From an uncultured Verrucomicrobiae bacterium (lineage in GTDB: Bacteria; Chlamydiota; Chlamydiia; Chlamydiales; Rhabdochlamydiaceae): a stretch of 64,000 nucleotides of DNA. The notes beneath the pieces were generated by a model. It had not been told where the DNA came from, did not search any database, and saw only the letters and a program-made list of their open reading frames with translations. The position numbers were made by a program, and so were the translations under genes. Positions 24,231-34,894 of the stretch are shown here, in pieces (within the stretch, counting starts at the first letter, position 1; every line of letters begins with the position of its first letter). The stretch lies in NCBI GenBank assembly GCA_963806855.1, contig CAWDYW010000003.1, positions 576,001 through 640,000 on the forward strand, written 5' to 3'.

Positions 24231-26429
24231 TTAATATCCGATCAGCTCTTCGACCAATTTCAGAAACTCTTTCCCAAAATCCTTTTTCTCGAATAGAACG
24301 CTTGGTTTTTGGTTGCGCCGATCGAAGGCCTCTTTGATGAGAGGGAGGAGCCGCTCTTTATTTTTCACAGCACTATCCTGGAACGGGTTGGTGCTGCCTG
24401 ACTGCGGTTTAAAGCGAGATCCCATGTTGGCTTGGATGCAGAATTCCATGTTAAACACCTCCCAGTCCATCAGCGCGAAGGGGGCGTGGAAGATCATCGG
24501 CAGGCCGCTGGCGAGCGCTTCGTTGGTCGTGCAGCCTTCCGGCTGAGTGAGGAGGCCATCGGCGATGCTCATCAGCAGTGCTTGGTCGTCGACGGCGCCG
24601 ATCGCATGCATGTGGAGCCGTGGATTGGTCGGCAGGGCGTTGATCCGGAAGCGCATGTCTCGATTGTCTTGCACTTTTTGATCGCCGCAGAGGCAGATGA
24701 TGTGCAGATCCCCTTCGGTCAGCTCTGAAATGTCGAGGGCGGTGAGGGAGGCCAAGATGGCAGCATATTTTTCGGTGGCGCGGCCGGCGATTCCGCCGAT
24801 GATGACGAGCAGGACCCGATCGTTTGGCCCGATGCCAAACTCCCGCCGCAGCTCGCTCTTTTCGGCCTCTGTGGGGAGCTGATTAAAGCTGGAGCGAACA
24901 GGGAACCCGGTGATGGAGATTTTGTCGCTCGGGATCCGATTCTCGATCTTGGTACGCATTTCGGGAGTGTCATAGGCGAGGGTCATCCGCCATTTGGGGT
25001 AGCTGAGGTCGCACGAGTGGCCGTTCATCCCTTTGGTGAAAAAGGCGGTGTCGAGCTCGGTCGTCACCATGAGCAAGGGAAGGTTGAGCTCTTTGGCGAC
25101 GTTGAGGAACATCGCATTTAAGCAAGGGAAGCAGCTGATCAGCATGTCGGGGTGCTGCTTGAGCACTTCGAGACGGATCTGCTTTTCTATGCTCTCTTGT
25201 TGCATCATCAAGAAGAAGGGGCCGACCGAGGTGAGCAGCTTGACCCATTCAAATTCTTCATTGCGGACCAAGTGGTTGTAGAGCCTCTCCTGAGAAAAAT
25301 TAAAGAGCATCCTCTTGAAAACGTCGGTAGAAGCGAGGGTATCTTCCAATGTATTGGCCACCTGGATGTGATAGCGCCCCTTTGCATATTCGCTCATCGC
25401 CTTTGTGACATTCAAATGGCTCCGGCCGCCGCCACAGGTGAAAATCAGCAGGCTACTTTGAGCCGTTTTCTTATGCGTATAAAAGGGTTTGATCTGGGTC
25501 AGATCCATGAGCCTAGTCTTTTCATCCCAGCACAATCCAATTTCTTCGCTAAATTGGCAGCTGCAGCAGAGGTGGACTTCGACCGGTTCCTTCAGAAGGG
25601 CCGATTTGAGCAAAGCATAGCCGTTGTTGATCTCTTGGAATTTCCCGCGGAATTTGCCTAAAATCGCCGCTTTGAATACTTCTGAGAAGGGAGAGAGGAT
25701 GTTTTCGTGGAGCAATTTCCCCAGCTGCTTATGGAACGGGACAATCTCGGTTTCGAAATAGCTGAGTTGCATCTCCAGATTTTCCGGATCGAGGGTATCA
25801 GAGACAGGATGGGTCTGGATGGCCTTTAAAATATCCTCTAGCGTCTCTTCCCAAATGAGCAATTGCTCGAAGCTCGCGCAGATCCGATTCCAATACTCCA
25901 AACTGCTGTCGCTCTTTTCGATCAGCTCATCGAGCAGCAGCGCCTCACACGGATCGAGCTTAAACCCTTTTTCCTTCTTCGCTAGCCCCAGACTGCGGCG
26001 CATCTGCGTTCCAAAGTTGCTTTCATCGATTTGCAGAGCGAGCGGAGGGCGATCGAGGCCCAAAGAGCAGAGCCAATTGCAAACAGCCGCTTCCATCGTC
26101 CGCAGAGCCACCTCCCTTTTCAAGTGGGGAGAATCGTCATTTTTGAGGTAGTTCTCCAGCTTTTTTTCCAGCTCAATGGAGATATGTTGCTGGTCCCGAT
26201 CTTCCGACATCCGTAAACTAAGCTGCAGCTCCAAATAGCGGTAGACCAGATCGACCTCTTTCTGCTGGAGCAGTTGACTTAAGCGTCGGTATTCTCGCTC
26301 AGAGAGCCACGTCGCCTTCAAATCCTCGAGGAAATCCTCAGTCTGCTGGCGGAGCTGATCGCTTGGTCTCGACGAGCGAGTCCAGTGGGACAAAAGTTGA
26401 TCGGATGCATCTCTCAGTTGAAAAACCAT
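24231..26429 (-). CDS. MGDG-synthase/UgtP-like GT-B glycosyltransferase with a long N-terminal extension
   Basis: GGGRSH, LMVTTELD, TGFPVRSSF, LMSIADGLLTQPEGCTTNEAL..GLP, WEVFN. Confidence 0.75.
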   Translation of the reverse strand: MVFQLRDASDQLLSHWTRSSRPSDQLRQQTEDFLEDLKATWLSEREYRRLSQLLQQKEVDLVYRYLELQLSLRMSEDRDQQHISIELEKKLENYLKNDDSPHLKREVALRTMEAAVCNWLCSLGLDRPPLALQIDESNFGTQMRRSLGLAKKEKGFKLDPCEALLLDELIEKSDSSLEYWNRICASFEQLLIWEETLEDILKAIQTHPVSDTLDPENLEMQLSYFETEIVPFHKQLGKLLHENILSPFSEVFKAAILGKFRGKFQEINNGYALLKSALLKEPVEVHLCCSCQFSEEIGLCWDEKTRLMDLTQIKPFYTHKKTAQSSLLIFTCGGGRSHLNVTKAMSEYAKGRYHIQVANTLEDTLASTDVFKRMLFNFSQERLYNHLVRNEEFEWVKLLTSVGPFFLMMQQESIEKQIRLEVLKQHPDMLISCFPCLNAMFLNVAKELNLPLLMVTTELDTAFFTKGMNGHSCDLSYPKWRMTLAYDTPEMRTKIENRIPSDKISITGFPVRSSFNQLPTEAEKSELRREFGIGPNDRVLLVIIGGIAGRATEKYAAILASLTALDISELTEGDLHIICLCGDQKVQDNRDMRFRINALPTNPRLHMHAIGAVDDQALLMSIADGLLTQPEGCTTNEALASGLPMIFHAPFALMDWEVFNMEFCIQANMGSRFKPQSGSTNPFQDSAVKNKERLLPLIKEAFDRRNQKPSVLFEKKDFGKEFLKLVEELIGY

Positions 26430-26521
26430 GTTATGGAAGATAGCTCATAGGAGCCGTTTTTGCAATACTAAACCGAAGCAAAAGAAATTCTGCTCATTTT
26501 TACATGGGCAGAATCTTGTTG

Positions 26522-27250
26522 TTAATTGGTCTTTTGGACCATTGAATACAGCGTCTCTTTGCCGAACTTATAGAGAACGGCGAAGAATCCCACAGCGCGC
26601 GCTTTATACAGCGCACCCCAATAGCTCTGGCGAAGGCTGAAAGTCAGCCCCTTCTGCCAACGGGTCACCGCAGTATTGGCCGGATGTCCGATAAGGCTGC
26701 CAAGTGCACCAGCCGTAGATGCGACTGCATATTCAGCACCCTTGTTATCTACGCCCTTCTCTTTCAGCTTAGAAGCTAAGAGATCGGCCACGCTTAAGCC
26801 TCCAACGAAGGCCGTTTCTTGCAGCGTAATGGCAAGCCCCTGCTTGAGAGAAAATTTGCGTAGAGATTCCATCGGCAGCATATTTATGGATTTGCCATTA
26901 AAGATCGCCACGAATGGAGAAGACACTGCGCCGACGATTGCCGAACTGACCAACTTTGAGCTTAAGGTTTGCTCTTTAGCATCTCCTAATAAGAGAGACT
27001 CGACCCCATTCTGGGCAAGCATTTGCGCTCCAACGAGCGTGCCGGTAGAGCGCATAGCGCCTAGTCCTTCTTTTAGCCCCTCTTTTAGAGTCACTTTTCG
27101 AGCTTGTAGCCCTTGTTGCCGTTCGCTTTTGGCGATGAAATCCCTAAAAGGGAGAACGATCGCCCCCGCAGCCGCAACGGGTGGTGCTAAATAGGGCATG
27201 AGCATAGCCAAAGGCCCTGGTGCATTTGGTGTAACAGATGATGTAGACAT
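26522..27250 (-). CDS. Degenerate mitochondrial-carrier (SLC25)-like protein
   Basis: Three hydrophobic repeats with Pro at residues 34, 112 and 190; third repeat AGALGSLIGHPANTAVTRWQ...YWG. Confidence 0.55.
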   Translation of the reverse strand: MSTSSVTPNAPGPLAMLMPYLAPPVAAAGAIVLPFRDFIAKSERQQGLQARKVTLKEGLKEGLGAMRSTGTLVGAQMLAQNGVESLLLGDAKEQTLSSKLVSSAIVGAVSSPFVAIFNGKSINMLPMESLRKFSLKQGLAITLQETAFVGGLSVADLLASKLKEKGVDNKGAEYAVASTAGALGSLIGHPANTAVTRWQKGLTFSLRQSYWGALYKARAVGFFAVLYKFGKETLYSMVQKTN

Positions 27251-27452
27251 AATAAATCCTTTTGTTTTTATTTACAGTTTAATTTTGAACGGAAATGGAT
27301 GGGAAAAATTATCTGTTAATTCGCCTGTTGGCGAATAATAAATGCAAAAGAAATTGCGATGCGTGCAAGAGTTGCCGCATTAAAGCTGTCACAAAAAAGC
27401 TGATGTTTCGAACATTCTGCTTTCATGCGATTGATTATAACAAAAAGTGAAA

Positions 27453-28724
27453 CTATTTTGCAAGATTAATTGTTAATAATTCATCCCAGTGGGTAGTAAA
27501 GCGAGCTGAAGTATGGGAGCGGCGCATTTTCCACGGTTTTTCGATCCCTTCGGCGGCAAATTGAAGGGCGTTTCTCCCATAGGCCTCGTTGATTTGGTCG
27601 AGCACCTCCATCGCGCGGCTCCGATCGGGAGAAGAGTGGAAGAGATCGGGCTGGTGGAAACTCTTGAGGGAGAGATCATTGAGGATGACCCCCACTTTTT
27701 TATAGCTGTAGCCGGGGAGAAAAATCGACTCGAGCCCTTTTTTGCTCACGGAAATTAAGTCGGGAGTATAGTCAGTAGGCTCGGGCAGCGAGAGGGTGGC
27801 GCTATTGGAGTAGCGATTTTCGATGAAAGGCGAGGTGGTCAAGTAGACGGTAAGATACCTGGCACAGAGCCCTTGCTGGCGCAATTTTTCGGCTGCACGG
27901 GCGGTGTAGTTGGAGATGGCCTCTTGCAGCTGGGGGAGGGTGGTCACGGGGGTCCCAAAAGAGCGGGAGCAGGTGATGCTCTTATTGGGGGCTTCGACCT
28001 CGTCGAGCGGCAAGCAGGAGATCCCGCGCAATTCGAGCGCTGTTTTGAGCAGCACAACGGAAAAGCGCTTCTGGATCCAGCTGTCGGGGCTATTTTTGAA
28101 TTGGAGCGGAGTGAAAATGGCATGCTCTCTAAGACGCCTTGACAAGTTGCGGCCGATGCCCCAGATGTCATCGAGCGGAAAGTGGGCGAGCGTTTCATCG
28201 ATTAGCTTCGGATCCTCGAGCAGGTAGACCCCATTTTGCTTCTCATCTTTTTTGGCGATGTGGTTGGCCACTTTTGCTAAAGTTTTAGTCGGGGCGATGC
28301 CGACAGAGACCGGGATCCCTGTCCAGCGCAAGACTGTTTGCCGGATCTTTTGTGCGAGGGAGAGTGGATCATCGGTGGCAATCGAGAGAAAGGCCTCGTC
28401 GATCGAATAGATTTCAAAATCGGCAGAAAATTGCTGGAGCACCTGCATGACCCGCTGCGAGATATCTCCATAAAGGGTGAAATTGGAAGAGTAGACGAAG
28501 ACGCCCCGATCTTTGAACAACTTGTCGTATTCGAAGGCCGGGGCCCCCATCGGAATGCCCAATTTTTTCGCCTCTTTTGAGCGGGCGACGACGCAGCCGT
28601 CGTTGCTGGAGAGGACGACGACCGGTTTGCCCCACAATTTGGGATTGAAGACCCGTTCGCATGAGACGAAGAACGAGTTGCAATCGATTAAAAATAGGTG
28701 TTCATCGCGCTTTGTGGATGACAT
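27453..28724 (-). CDS. umuC: Y-family DNA polymerase V catalytic subunit
   Basis: [33 protein letters not shown]-terminal W.MRR...S.RFTT.W.EL. Confidence 0.93.
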   Translation of the reverse strand: MSSTKRDEHLFLIDCNSFFVSCERVFNPKLWGKPVVVLSSNDGCVVARSKEAKKLGIPMGAPAFEYDKLFKDRGVFVYSSNFTLYGDISQRVMQVLQQFSADFEIYSIDEAFLSIATDDPLSLAQKIRQTVLRWTGIPVSVGIAPTKTLAKVANHIAKKDEKQNGVYLLEDPKLIDETLAHFPLDDIWGIGRNLSRRLREHAIFTPLQFKNSPDSWIQKRFSVVLLKTALELRGISCLPLDEVEAPNKSITCSRSFGTPVTTLPQLQEAISNYTARAAEKLRQQGLCARYLTVYLTTSPFIENRYSNSATLSLPEPTDYTPDLISVSKKGLESIFLPGYSYKKVGVILNDLSLKSFHQPDLFHSSPDRSRAMEVLDQINEAYGRNALQFAAEGIEKPWKMRRSHTSARFTTHWDELLTINLAK

Positions 28725-29118
28725 AAGTGACGACTCCCCAAACTTGAAAATCTGCTCCATCATTGACTGCAATGGGGAAAAAGTTCTTGTTTTCCGCTGC
28801 CAATAGGAGCTGATCGCCCCGTTTTAAAATCCGTTTCACAGTGAATTCTCCATTCAAGACGGCGACGATGATATCCCGATTTTTTGGCTCGAGCGACCGG
28901 TCGACAACGAGCACATCGCCCGAGTGGATGTTCGCATCGCGCATCGACTCGCCCTGGACCCGGACAAAAAAGGTGGCAGCCGGATGAGCGACCAGCAGAT
29001 GGTTGAGGTCGAGATCGTCCAAGTAGCCTTCAGCCGGAGAGGGGAATCCAGCTGGGATTTGATTGACGAACAGAGGGAGCGGCACACCGAGTGTGGCCTT
29101 ATGGATTTTAAGCTTCAT
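28702..29118 (-). CDS. umuD: Pol V autoproteolytic subunit (peptidase S24)
   Basis: AGFPSPA cleavage site, GESM (Ser), FTVKR (Lys), VWGVVT. Confidence 0.93.
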   Translation of the reverse strand: MKLKIHKATLGVPLPLFVNQIPAGFPSPAEGYLDDLDLNHLLVAHPAATFFVRVQGESMRDANIHSGDVLVVDRSLEPKNRDIIVAVLNGEFTVKRILKRGDQLLLAAENKNFFPIAVNDGADFQVWGVVTYVIHKAR

Positions 29119-29198
29119 AAGGCTCATTCTAGCGATTGGGAAAATGGTGTGGTAGAGAAAAGAAAATTTGATTATTCTTCTTATAAAGGAGTTAAAAA

Positions 29199-29631
29199 AT
29201 GATTAAATATCCTCTTTTTTTTGAAGTCAGCGCCAACTCTATAAGCGGAGTGAGTACTCTTTTTGAAGGGAATGCGCTCAATTTTCCCACCATCCACTGC
29301 GCCATCCCGACCGAGTTTAATGGGCCGGGCGGAGGCTATTCGCCAGAGGAGCTTTTTTCTCTCGCGGTCCTCTCTTGCGTGATCGCCACTTTTAAGGTCT
29401 TTGCTGAGCGGTCGAAATTACATTTCGAAACGATCAAGCGCCACTGCCAAATTGACGATTGATCGAAATCCACAGGGTATACCTGAGTTAAAAAAGCTCG
29501 ACATGAAGTTCACATTATCTGGGGTGCAGGATCAGGCAAAGGCTAAGGTTCTTTTGGCAGAGTCGGAAAAATATTGTCTCGTTTCCAATGCGGTCAAGTC
29601 AGAAAAGACCTATGAGTATGCCTTCGTTTGA
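29199..29631 (+). CDS. OsmC/Ohr-family protein (frameshift near 29440)
   Basis: SPEELF...VLSC and SEKYCLVSNAV lie in two frames. Confidence 0.85.
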
Positions 29632-30405
29632 GCATGCTTGGGCTGTTGCACAGGAGCGCTTGAAAAAGAGGCCTGGGCATAGCGGGCGACGTTGAAGGCG
29701 AGCACACCCCAGAAGATTTTTTCTGGGGAATAATAATTAGTCAAATAGCTACAGGCAAAGGGGGCAACCATCGATGGAATGCCCTGGAATGTCAATCTGC
29801 TCAAAAATCCTAAATAAGCTTGTCCCATTGGATATCCGAGATAGTCGGAAGTGTACCAGACAGCAGCGGAAGCGGCGGTAAGGCTTGCCCCTTTGATCAT
29901 CCATCCAGGAGTAGCAGCTGGCAGATATTGGCGAGCTTTCTGCTCGATTTTGGAATTGAGCGCGGAATTGGCCGCAGTTGCGATCATGCTCGGAACCATC
30001 GACCAAAGAACGCCAGGAATCGCCATGATTTTGCCTGGAATCTGCGGTTGCAATCGGATAAACCCTTTCCCATTGCCAATAACAAAGGCTCACTCCGAGC
30101 AGCCCTATGCCCAGTGTCGGTGTGTCGAGCCAACTTTCAGAAGCTGCCTCTTTTTCCGCTTGGGCAATTTGGATGGCCTGGAGCGCTGCGGGCGAAGGGG
30201 CGGGCGCTGGCTTTGGCTTTTCTGGTGACTGAAAGAAGGAACGGATCCAGTCCCAGAGCCAAGTGAAAAAGCGAGAGAGGCGAGGAAAGGTGGGGGCGTA
30301 AGGGGAGACGAGTGTCGATTCGGTAGAATAGGAGGGTCTCGGTGGCAGCGGTGGGCTGCTCACAGAGACCGTTTGAGTGATTCTGGGAGGTTGTTCAACT
30401 TTCAT
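29610..30405 (-). CDS. Hypothetical membrane-associated protein, Pro/Ser-rich N-terminus (frameshift near 30055)
   Basis: ORFs 29749-30405 and 29610-30053 overlap and appear to be one gene. Confidence 0.5.
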
Positions 30406-30442
30406 ATTAAAAATTAATTACGAAAGCAACATTATAGCGCTT

Positions 30443-31846
30443 CTATTCAATTTTAAGCGAATAGAATCGTGTGGCGTCTCCCTGTTTTGCCAGGATCAAG
30501 AGCCGTTTGTTCTTCACCTCTTCCAGCGCAGCATTGAACTCGGCGACGGTGGCCACCTTTTTGTGGTTGATCGCCATGATCAAAAAGCCGGGACGGATTC
30601 CTGCCAGCGCTGCAGTGGATCCAGGCTTGATTTTGGTGACCACAACACCCTCTTCTCCTTTTGTATAGCCTAATGTCTTGGCAAGTTCAGGGGTGAGGGG
30701 CTCCACTTCGAGGCCTAGTTTCTGCGCGAGGCCGACGCTGCTCACCTCGTTGGCTGGAGCTGTGAGGGTTGCACTGAGGGTGAGAATTTTCCCATTGCGG
30801 TTGACTTTGAGGTTCACTTTCGTGCCTGGTTTCATCATCGAAATTTCATTGCGGAACGAGCCGATCGATTTGACAGGAGTATTGTTGTACTGGATGACGA
30901 TATCGCCCTGCTTAAGTCCCGCTTGTTCAGCAGGAGAGCCTTTCATCACTTCGGCGACGAGAGCTCCTTCGGGACGCTCAAGGCCAAAGGCATCGGCCAT
31001 ATCTTGGTCGAGCGGCTGCAGGGCGACGCCGAGATAGCCCCGTGTGACGGTCCCCGAGTCGATGATCTGGTCCATGATGTGTTTGGCCATATTGCTCGGA
31101 ATCGCAAAGCCAATTCCCATATAGCCGCCCCCTTTAGAGACGATAGCGGTATTGATGCCGATCGCTTGTCCTTGGAGGTTGATGAGCGGGCCGCCTGAGT
31201 TTCCTGGGTTAATCGCCGCATCGGTTTGGAGGAAGTCTTCAAAGTCGGTGATTCTGAGATTCTGTCTTCCTTTGGCGCTGATCACTCCGACCGTGACCGT
31301 CGCTTGAAGCTGGAAGGGGCTGCCGATAGCGATCACCCATTCGCCAATCTCTAATGCTTCCGAATCGCCCAAGGGAAGGAAGGGGAAATTTTTCCCTTCG
31401 ACTTTGATCACGGCGACATCGGTGCTGACATCAAATCCAACGATTTCGGCTGTCATCTCTCGTCCATCGTGGAGGGTGATGGTGATCTTACTTGCCCCTT
31501 TGACGACGTGGGCATTAGTCATGATGTGTCCATCGCTGCTGACAAAGAATCCGGAGCCTTGCGAAATGGAGGGCTGTTTTGGCGCTTTACGGAATGGAGA
31601 TCCAAAAAAGCGGTTGAAAAATTCGTCACCGTAAGGATCTTGTTGCTGGAGCGGGTTCTGGAAAGGCTCTGAAGCTTGATCATCGGAATCGAGGACTCCC
31701 TCTGCTCGAATATAGACCACAGCGGGAGTCGATTTTTTTGAAACGGCGGTGAAAACTTTTGAAATCTGTTGTGGAGTGCAGCTGCACTCTTTTTCTGCAG
31801 CAAAAAGGCTAAGAGAAAGGGTGAGAATCAAAATTAGAAAGCGCAT
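30443..31846 (-). CDS. htrA: Periplasmic serine protease DegP/HtrA (two PDZ domains)
   Basis: Signal peptide, TNAHVV, DVAV, TDAAINPGNSGGPL. Confidence 0.96.
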   Translation of the reverse strand: MRFLILILTLSLSLFAAEKECSCTPQQISKVFTAVSKKSTPAVVYIRAEGVLDSDDQASEPFQNPLQQQDPYGDEFFNRFFGSPFRKAPKQPSISQGSGFFVSSDGHIMTNAHVVKGASKITITLHDGREMTAEIVGFDVSTDVAVIKVEGKNFPFLPLGDSEALEIGEWVIAIGSPFQLQATVTVGVISAKGRQNLRITDFEDFLQTDAAINPGNSGGPLINLQGQAIGINTAIVSKGGGYMGIGFAIPSNMAKHIMDQIIDSGTVTRGYLGVALQPLDQDMADAFGLERPEGALVAEVMKGSPAEQAGLKQGDIVIQYNNTPVKSIGSFRNEISMMKPGTKVNLKVNRNGKILTLSATLTAPANEVSSVGLAQKLGLEVEPLTPELAKTLGYTKGEEGVVVTKIKPGSTAALAGIRPGFLIMAINHKKVATVAEFNAALEEVKNKRLLILAKQGDATRFYSLKIE

Positions 31847-31876
31847 TTTTAGTTCCTGTTTTTCCCTTTTATACGT

Positions 31877-34837
31877 CTAGGTTGAAAAAATTTCAAGCGT
31901 TTTGCCCTCTATTAGAGGCGCCTCCCTTTCGAGCTGCTCGCGCCCAGCAAAAGAGACGATGACCCCTTTATCGAGTTTAGAAAGGAGATGGTGTTCAATC
32001 GATTTTTGCACGTCCTTGGAAGAGAGAGCGAGGAAGCGATCGCGGAAGTCTTGGCGCATCTGAAGGCTCTTCCCATCGCGCAGCGCAGCATATTCGGCCA
32101 TTGCGCGCCCTTCAGGAGCGACGGGAGTATCGAAGTATTGAATGATGCCCAGTTTCGCCTCTTCGAGATCTTGGTTCTCGAAATCGCCGGCGGCCATTTC
32201 CCGAATAGAATCGGCAAAGGTCGAGAGGGTGCGGGCGATATGGGGATCCCGGTAGGCGTAGAAATAGAAATTGCCCCATAGGGAGTTATAGCTGGTGCCC
32301 GATCCATAGGCTCCACCTTGCTCGCGGATCCGATGGTGAAGAACCTTGTTTTCCAGCAGCAGAGTCGCCGCCTGTAATCCGGGGGCATCAGGATGGGAAT
32401 AGTTGATCGTTTTGAATCCTTGCGCCGTAAAGGCAACTGGAGAGGAGATCGTGCGGCCCTGGTTGGGAATCGATTCGAGTTTGGGGTGAAAGTCCCAGTG
32501 GGGTGCTTGGCGAGTGGTGAGGTGAGATAAGCCGTAAAATTCCTTTTTGTCCAGTGAGCTCAATTGTTTGGCATCGCAGCTGAGGACAAGATGGGGTTTC
32601 CCGGTGCAGAGAATCTTATCTTTGACTAGATGGAGTCTTTCAATCAGCAGCGGGAGCTCGCGATCGAGATTGGGGACCAATTCTTGAATTTGGCTGTAGA
32701 ATTTAAATCCGTGCCATAGGTTGTTGATATAGCAGGGGGCGGAGAAGCCAGAGAGGGCCAGTTGAGAAGCGTAGCGCATCGCATTATTGCTGAGCCGATG
32801 TTGCAGGCTGCTTCCCATTTTTTTCAGCAGCTCTTCGATCCGCTCCTTCTCATCGAGGCGGGGGCTCGTGATCATCTCGTGCATCAGAGTAAAAAGCTTC
32901 TCCGCATTGCGGCCAAGCGCTTTTCCATGGAGCTGCAGACAGGGTCGACATTGGCTCGGATCGGTTGCTTGCACATGGAGTGCTCCTTGAGCGGCGACAC
33001 CTCCGGTGTAGGCGTGTACATACTCGAGATTTTTGGCATAATCGCGCCTACCTACCCCGAGTTCAGACCACAGCCGCATGAAAATCTGGAAATCGAAGAG
33101 CTCGTTTTCGGTTAAGGTGGGCAGATCGAAGATCAGAGTCGAGTAGAGGATATGATTGGTGAAATTGTCGTGGTGGAAAATCTCTAAATTGCCTCGAGAA
33201 AATGTCTGCAGAGGGAAATTGTGTGTTTTCTTCGGCACGTCGAAAAGAGTCACTTTGGGCAGACATTCGAGCTTTTGCCCCTCTTGATGTTCCTGAAATT
33301 TCTCGAGCTTTTTCGTCTGATCTAAAATGTGGGCCACTTGTTTTTCGTTTAAGGCTGCCCGCAATTTTTTTAGTTTTTCCTCTTCTTCCTTGGTCTCTTT
33401 TGAGGAGAGTTCGGGATCTGGAGCAAAGCTGAGCCGGACAAAGTGGGGATTATTGAGAAAATATTTTTCGATTAGCGGCGTAAAGCAATGGGGATCTTGC
33501 GCCTGTTTGGAGATCTCTTCGAAAAGGGAGTGGATCATCAGCGCGTTTTCAGGGGCGCATCCATGTTGCTTAGCAAGGGCTGAACGCATGAAGAGGGTGA
33601 GGCCGAAAGGGGAGTGGTTGCCGCCGATTTCAGTCCGGGCAAATTCGAGTTGATGGATCGACGCTTCGATGAGATGAGGCGGGATGCCCTCTTTGGCGAG
33701 TTGCCTCAAATTTTCAAAAAGAGCCTTTTCGAGCTCATCGGCCACATCTTCTTTGCATCCCCGCAGGACAATCACGAGGGGAACATCGGTCATCTCGTTG
33801 TCTAAGAAACTGTCGGCGTGGATGCAGAGTTTCAGATCGAGCAGCGCTTTTTTGAGCGGCGATGCATCGGTATCCATCAGAACCGAATCGAGAATCGACA
33901 GAGCAAGCACCTCTTTCTGGTCGAGTAGAGGCGCAGTGAGCCAGCCGAAGGCGTGGATATGCTTCGTCTCGATCTCTTCGGTTTCATTGATCGGATAGGC
34001 GCGGCGCCCTTTGACCGGCTTTTTAAATCGCTCTTGATAGCCGATCCCATCAAGAGGAGGCGCAGCCTTGATCCCTTTCAGGGCATTCTCCTGGATGAAA
34101 TCGAGGTGTTTCTGCAGAGGGAGGTTCCCATAGAAGAAAAACAGACAGCGGCTCGGATGATAATAGGTCTCATGAAAATCGATCAGCTGAGCATAAGTTA
34201 AATCGGGGATCTCTTTGGGATCGCCGCCCGAGTTATAGGCATAGGGGAGATTGGGGACGAGCGCCTCCATCATCGCATGCCAGACACGGGAATCGGCCGA
34301 AGAGAGCGACCCCTTCATTTCGTTGTAAACAATTCCTTTGATTTCGAGAGGGCTCTGTGGATTAGTCGGCTCGGCAAATTCTAAACGGTGCCCCTCTTGC
34401 AAGAAGCTGAGCTCCTTCAACTGTGGATGGAAGACCGCATCCAGATAAACCTCGAGTAAATTGTAAAAATCTTTTTCCACTTGCGAGGCCGCAGGATAGC
34501 AGGTGAAATCGCTGCCAGTGAGAGCATTCATGTAGGTGTTTAGACTGCGCCGATTCATCGCGAAGAAAGGGTCTTTCACCGGGAATTTGCGCGAACCGCA
34601 GAGGACAGTGTGCTCGAGAATATGGGGCGCTCCATTCGAGCTGTCTGGAAGCGTTTTAAAGGAGAGGCAGAACACATTTTCAGTGTCGTCATTCTCCAGA
34701 TGCATCACTTGCGCATTGGTCGGAAGATGGATGAGCTCGCGCATCACCATCTGCAATTCGTCGATAACCTTATAGGAGATAAGGGCGAAATCACCGTATC
34801 GCTCGCCCTCTTTTGTGAGAAAGTTGAGTTTGTCCAT
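31877..34837 (-). CDS. M16C (insulinase/presequence protease-like) zinc peptidase
   Basis: HILEHTVLCGS (HxxEH), NALT, KGIVYNEMKG, IREQGGAYG, YRDP; start at MDKLNF (34837). Confidence 0.93.
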   Translation of the reverse strand: MDKLNFLTKEGERYGDFALISYKVIDELQMVMRELIHLPTNAQVMHLENDDTENVFCLSFKTLPDSSNGAPHILEHTVLCGSRKFPVKDPFFAMNRRSLNTYMNALTGSDFTCYPAASQVEKDFYNLLEVYLDAVFHPQLKELSFLQEGHRLEFAEPTNPQSPLEIKGIVYNEMKGSLSSADSRVWHAMMEALVPNLPYAYNSGGDPKEIPDLTYAQLIDFHETYYHPSRCLFFFYGNLPLQKHLDFIQENALKGIKAAPPLDGIGYQERFKKPVKGRRAYPINETEEIETKHIHAFGWLTAPLLDQKEVLALSILDSVLMDTDASPLKKALLDLKLCIHADSFLDNEMTDVPLVIVLRGCKEDVADELEKALFENLRQLAKEGIPPHLIEASIHQLEFARTEIGGNHSPFGLTLFMRSALAKQHGCAPENALMIHSLFEEISKQAQDPHCFTPLIEKYFLNNPHFVRLSFAPDPELSSKETKEEEEKLKKLRAALNEKQVAHILDQTKKLEKFQEHQEGQKLECLPKVTLFDVPKKTHNFPLQTFSRGNLEIFHHDNFTNHILYSTLIFDLPTLTENELFDFQIFMRLWSELGVGRRDYAKNLEYVHAYTGGVAAQGALHVQATDPSQCRPCLQLHGKALGRNAEKLFTLMHEMITSPRLDEKERIEELLKKMGSSLQHRLSNNAMRYASQLALSGFSAPCYINNLWHGFKFYSQIQELVPNLDRELPLLIERLHLVKDKILCTGKPHLVLSCDAKQLSSLDKKEFYGLSHLTTRQAPHWDFHPKLESIPNQGRTISSPVAFTAQGFKTINYSHPDAPGLQAATLLLENKVLHHRIREQGGAYGSGTSYNSLWGNFYFYAYRDPHIARTLSTFADSIREMAAGDFENQDLEEAKLGIIQYFDTPVAPEGRAMAEYAALRDGKSLQMRQDFRDRFLALSSKDVQKSIEHHLLSKLDKGVIVSFAGREQLEREAPLIEGKTLEIFST

Positions 34838-34894
34838 ACAGAGTATTTTTGATGATTGCATTTTATCTGACAAGCGTTTAAATTTTTCTCCAAT

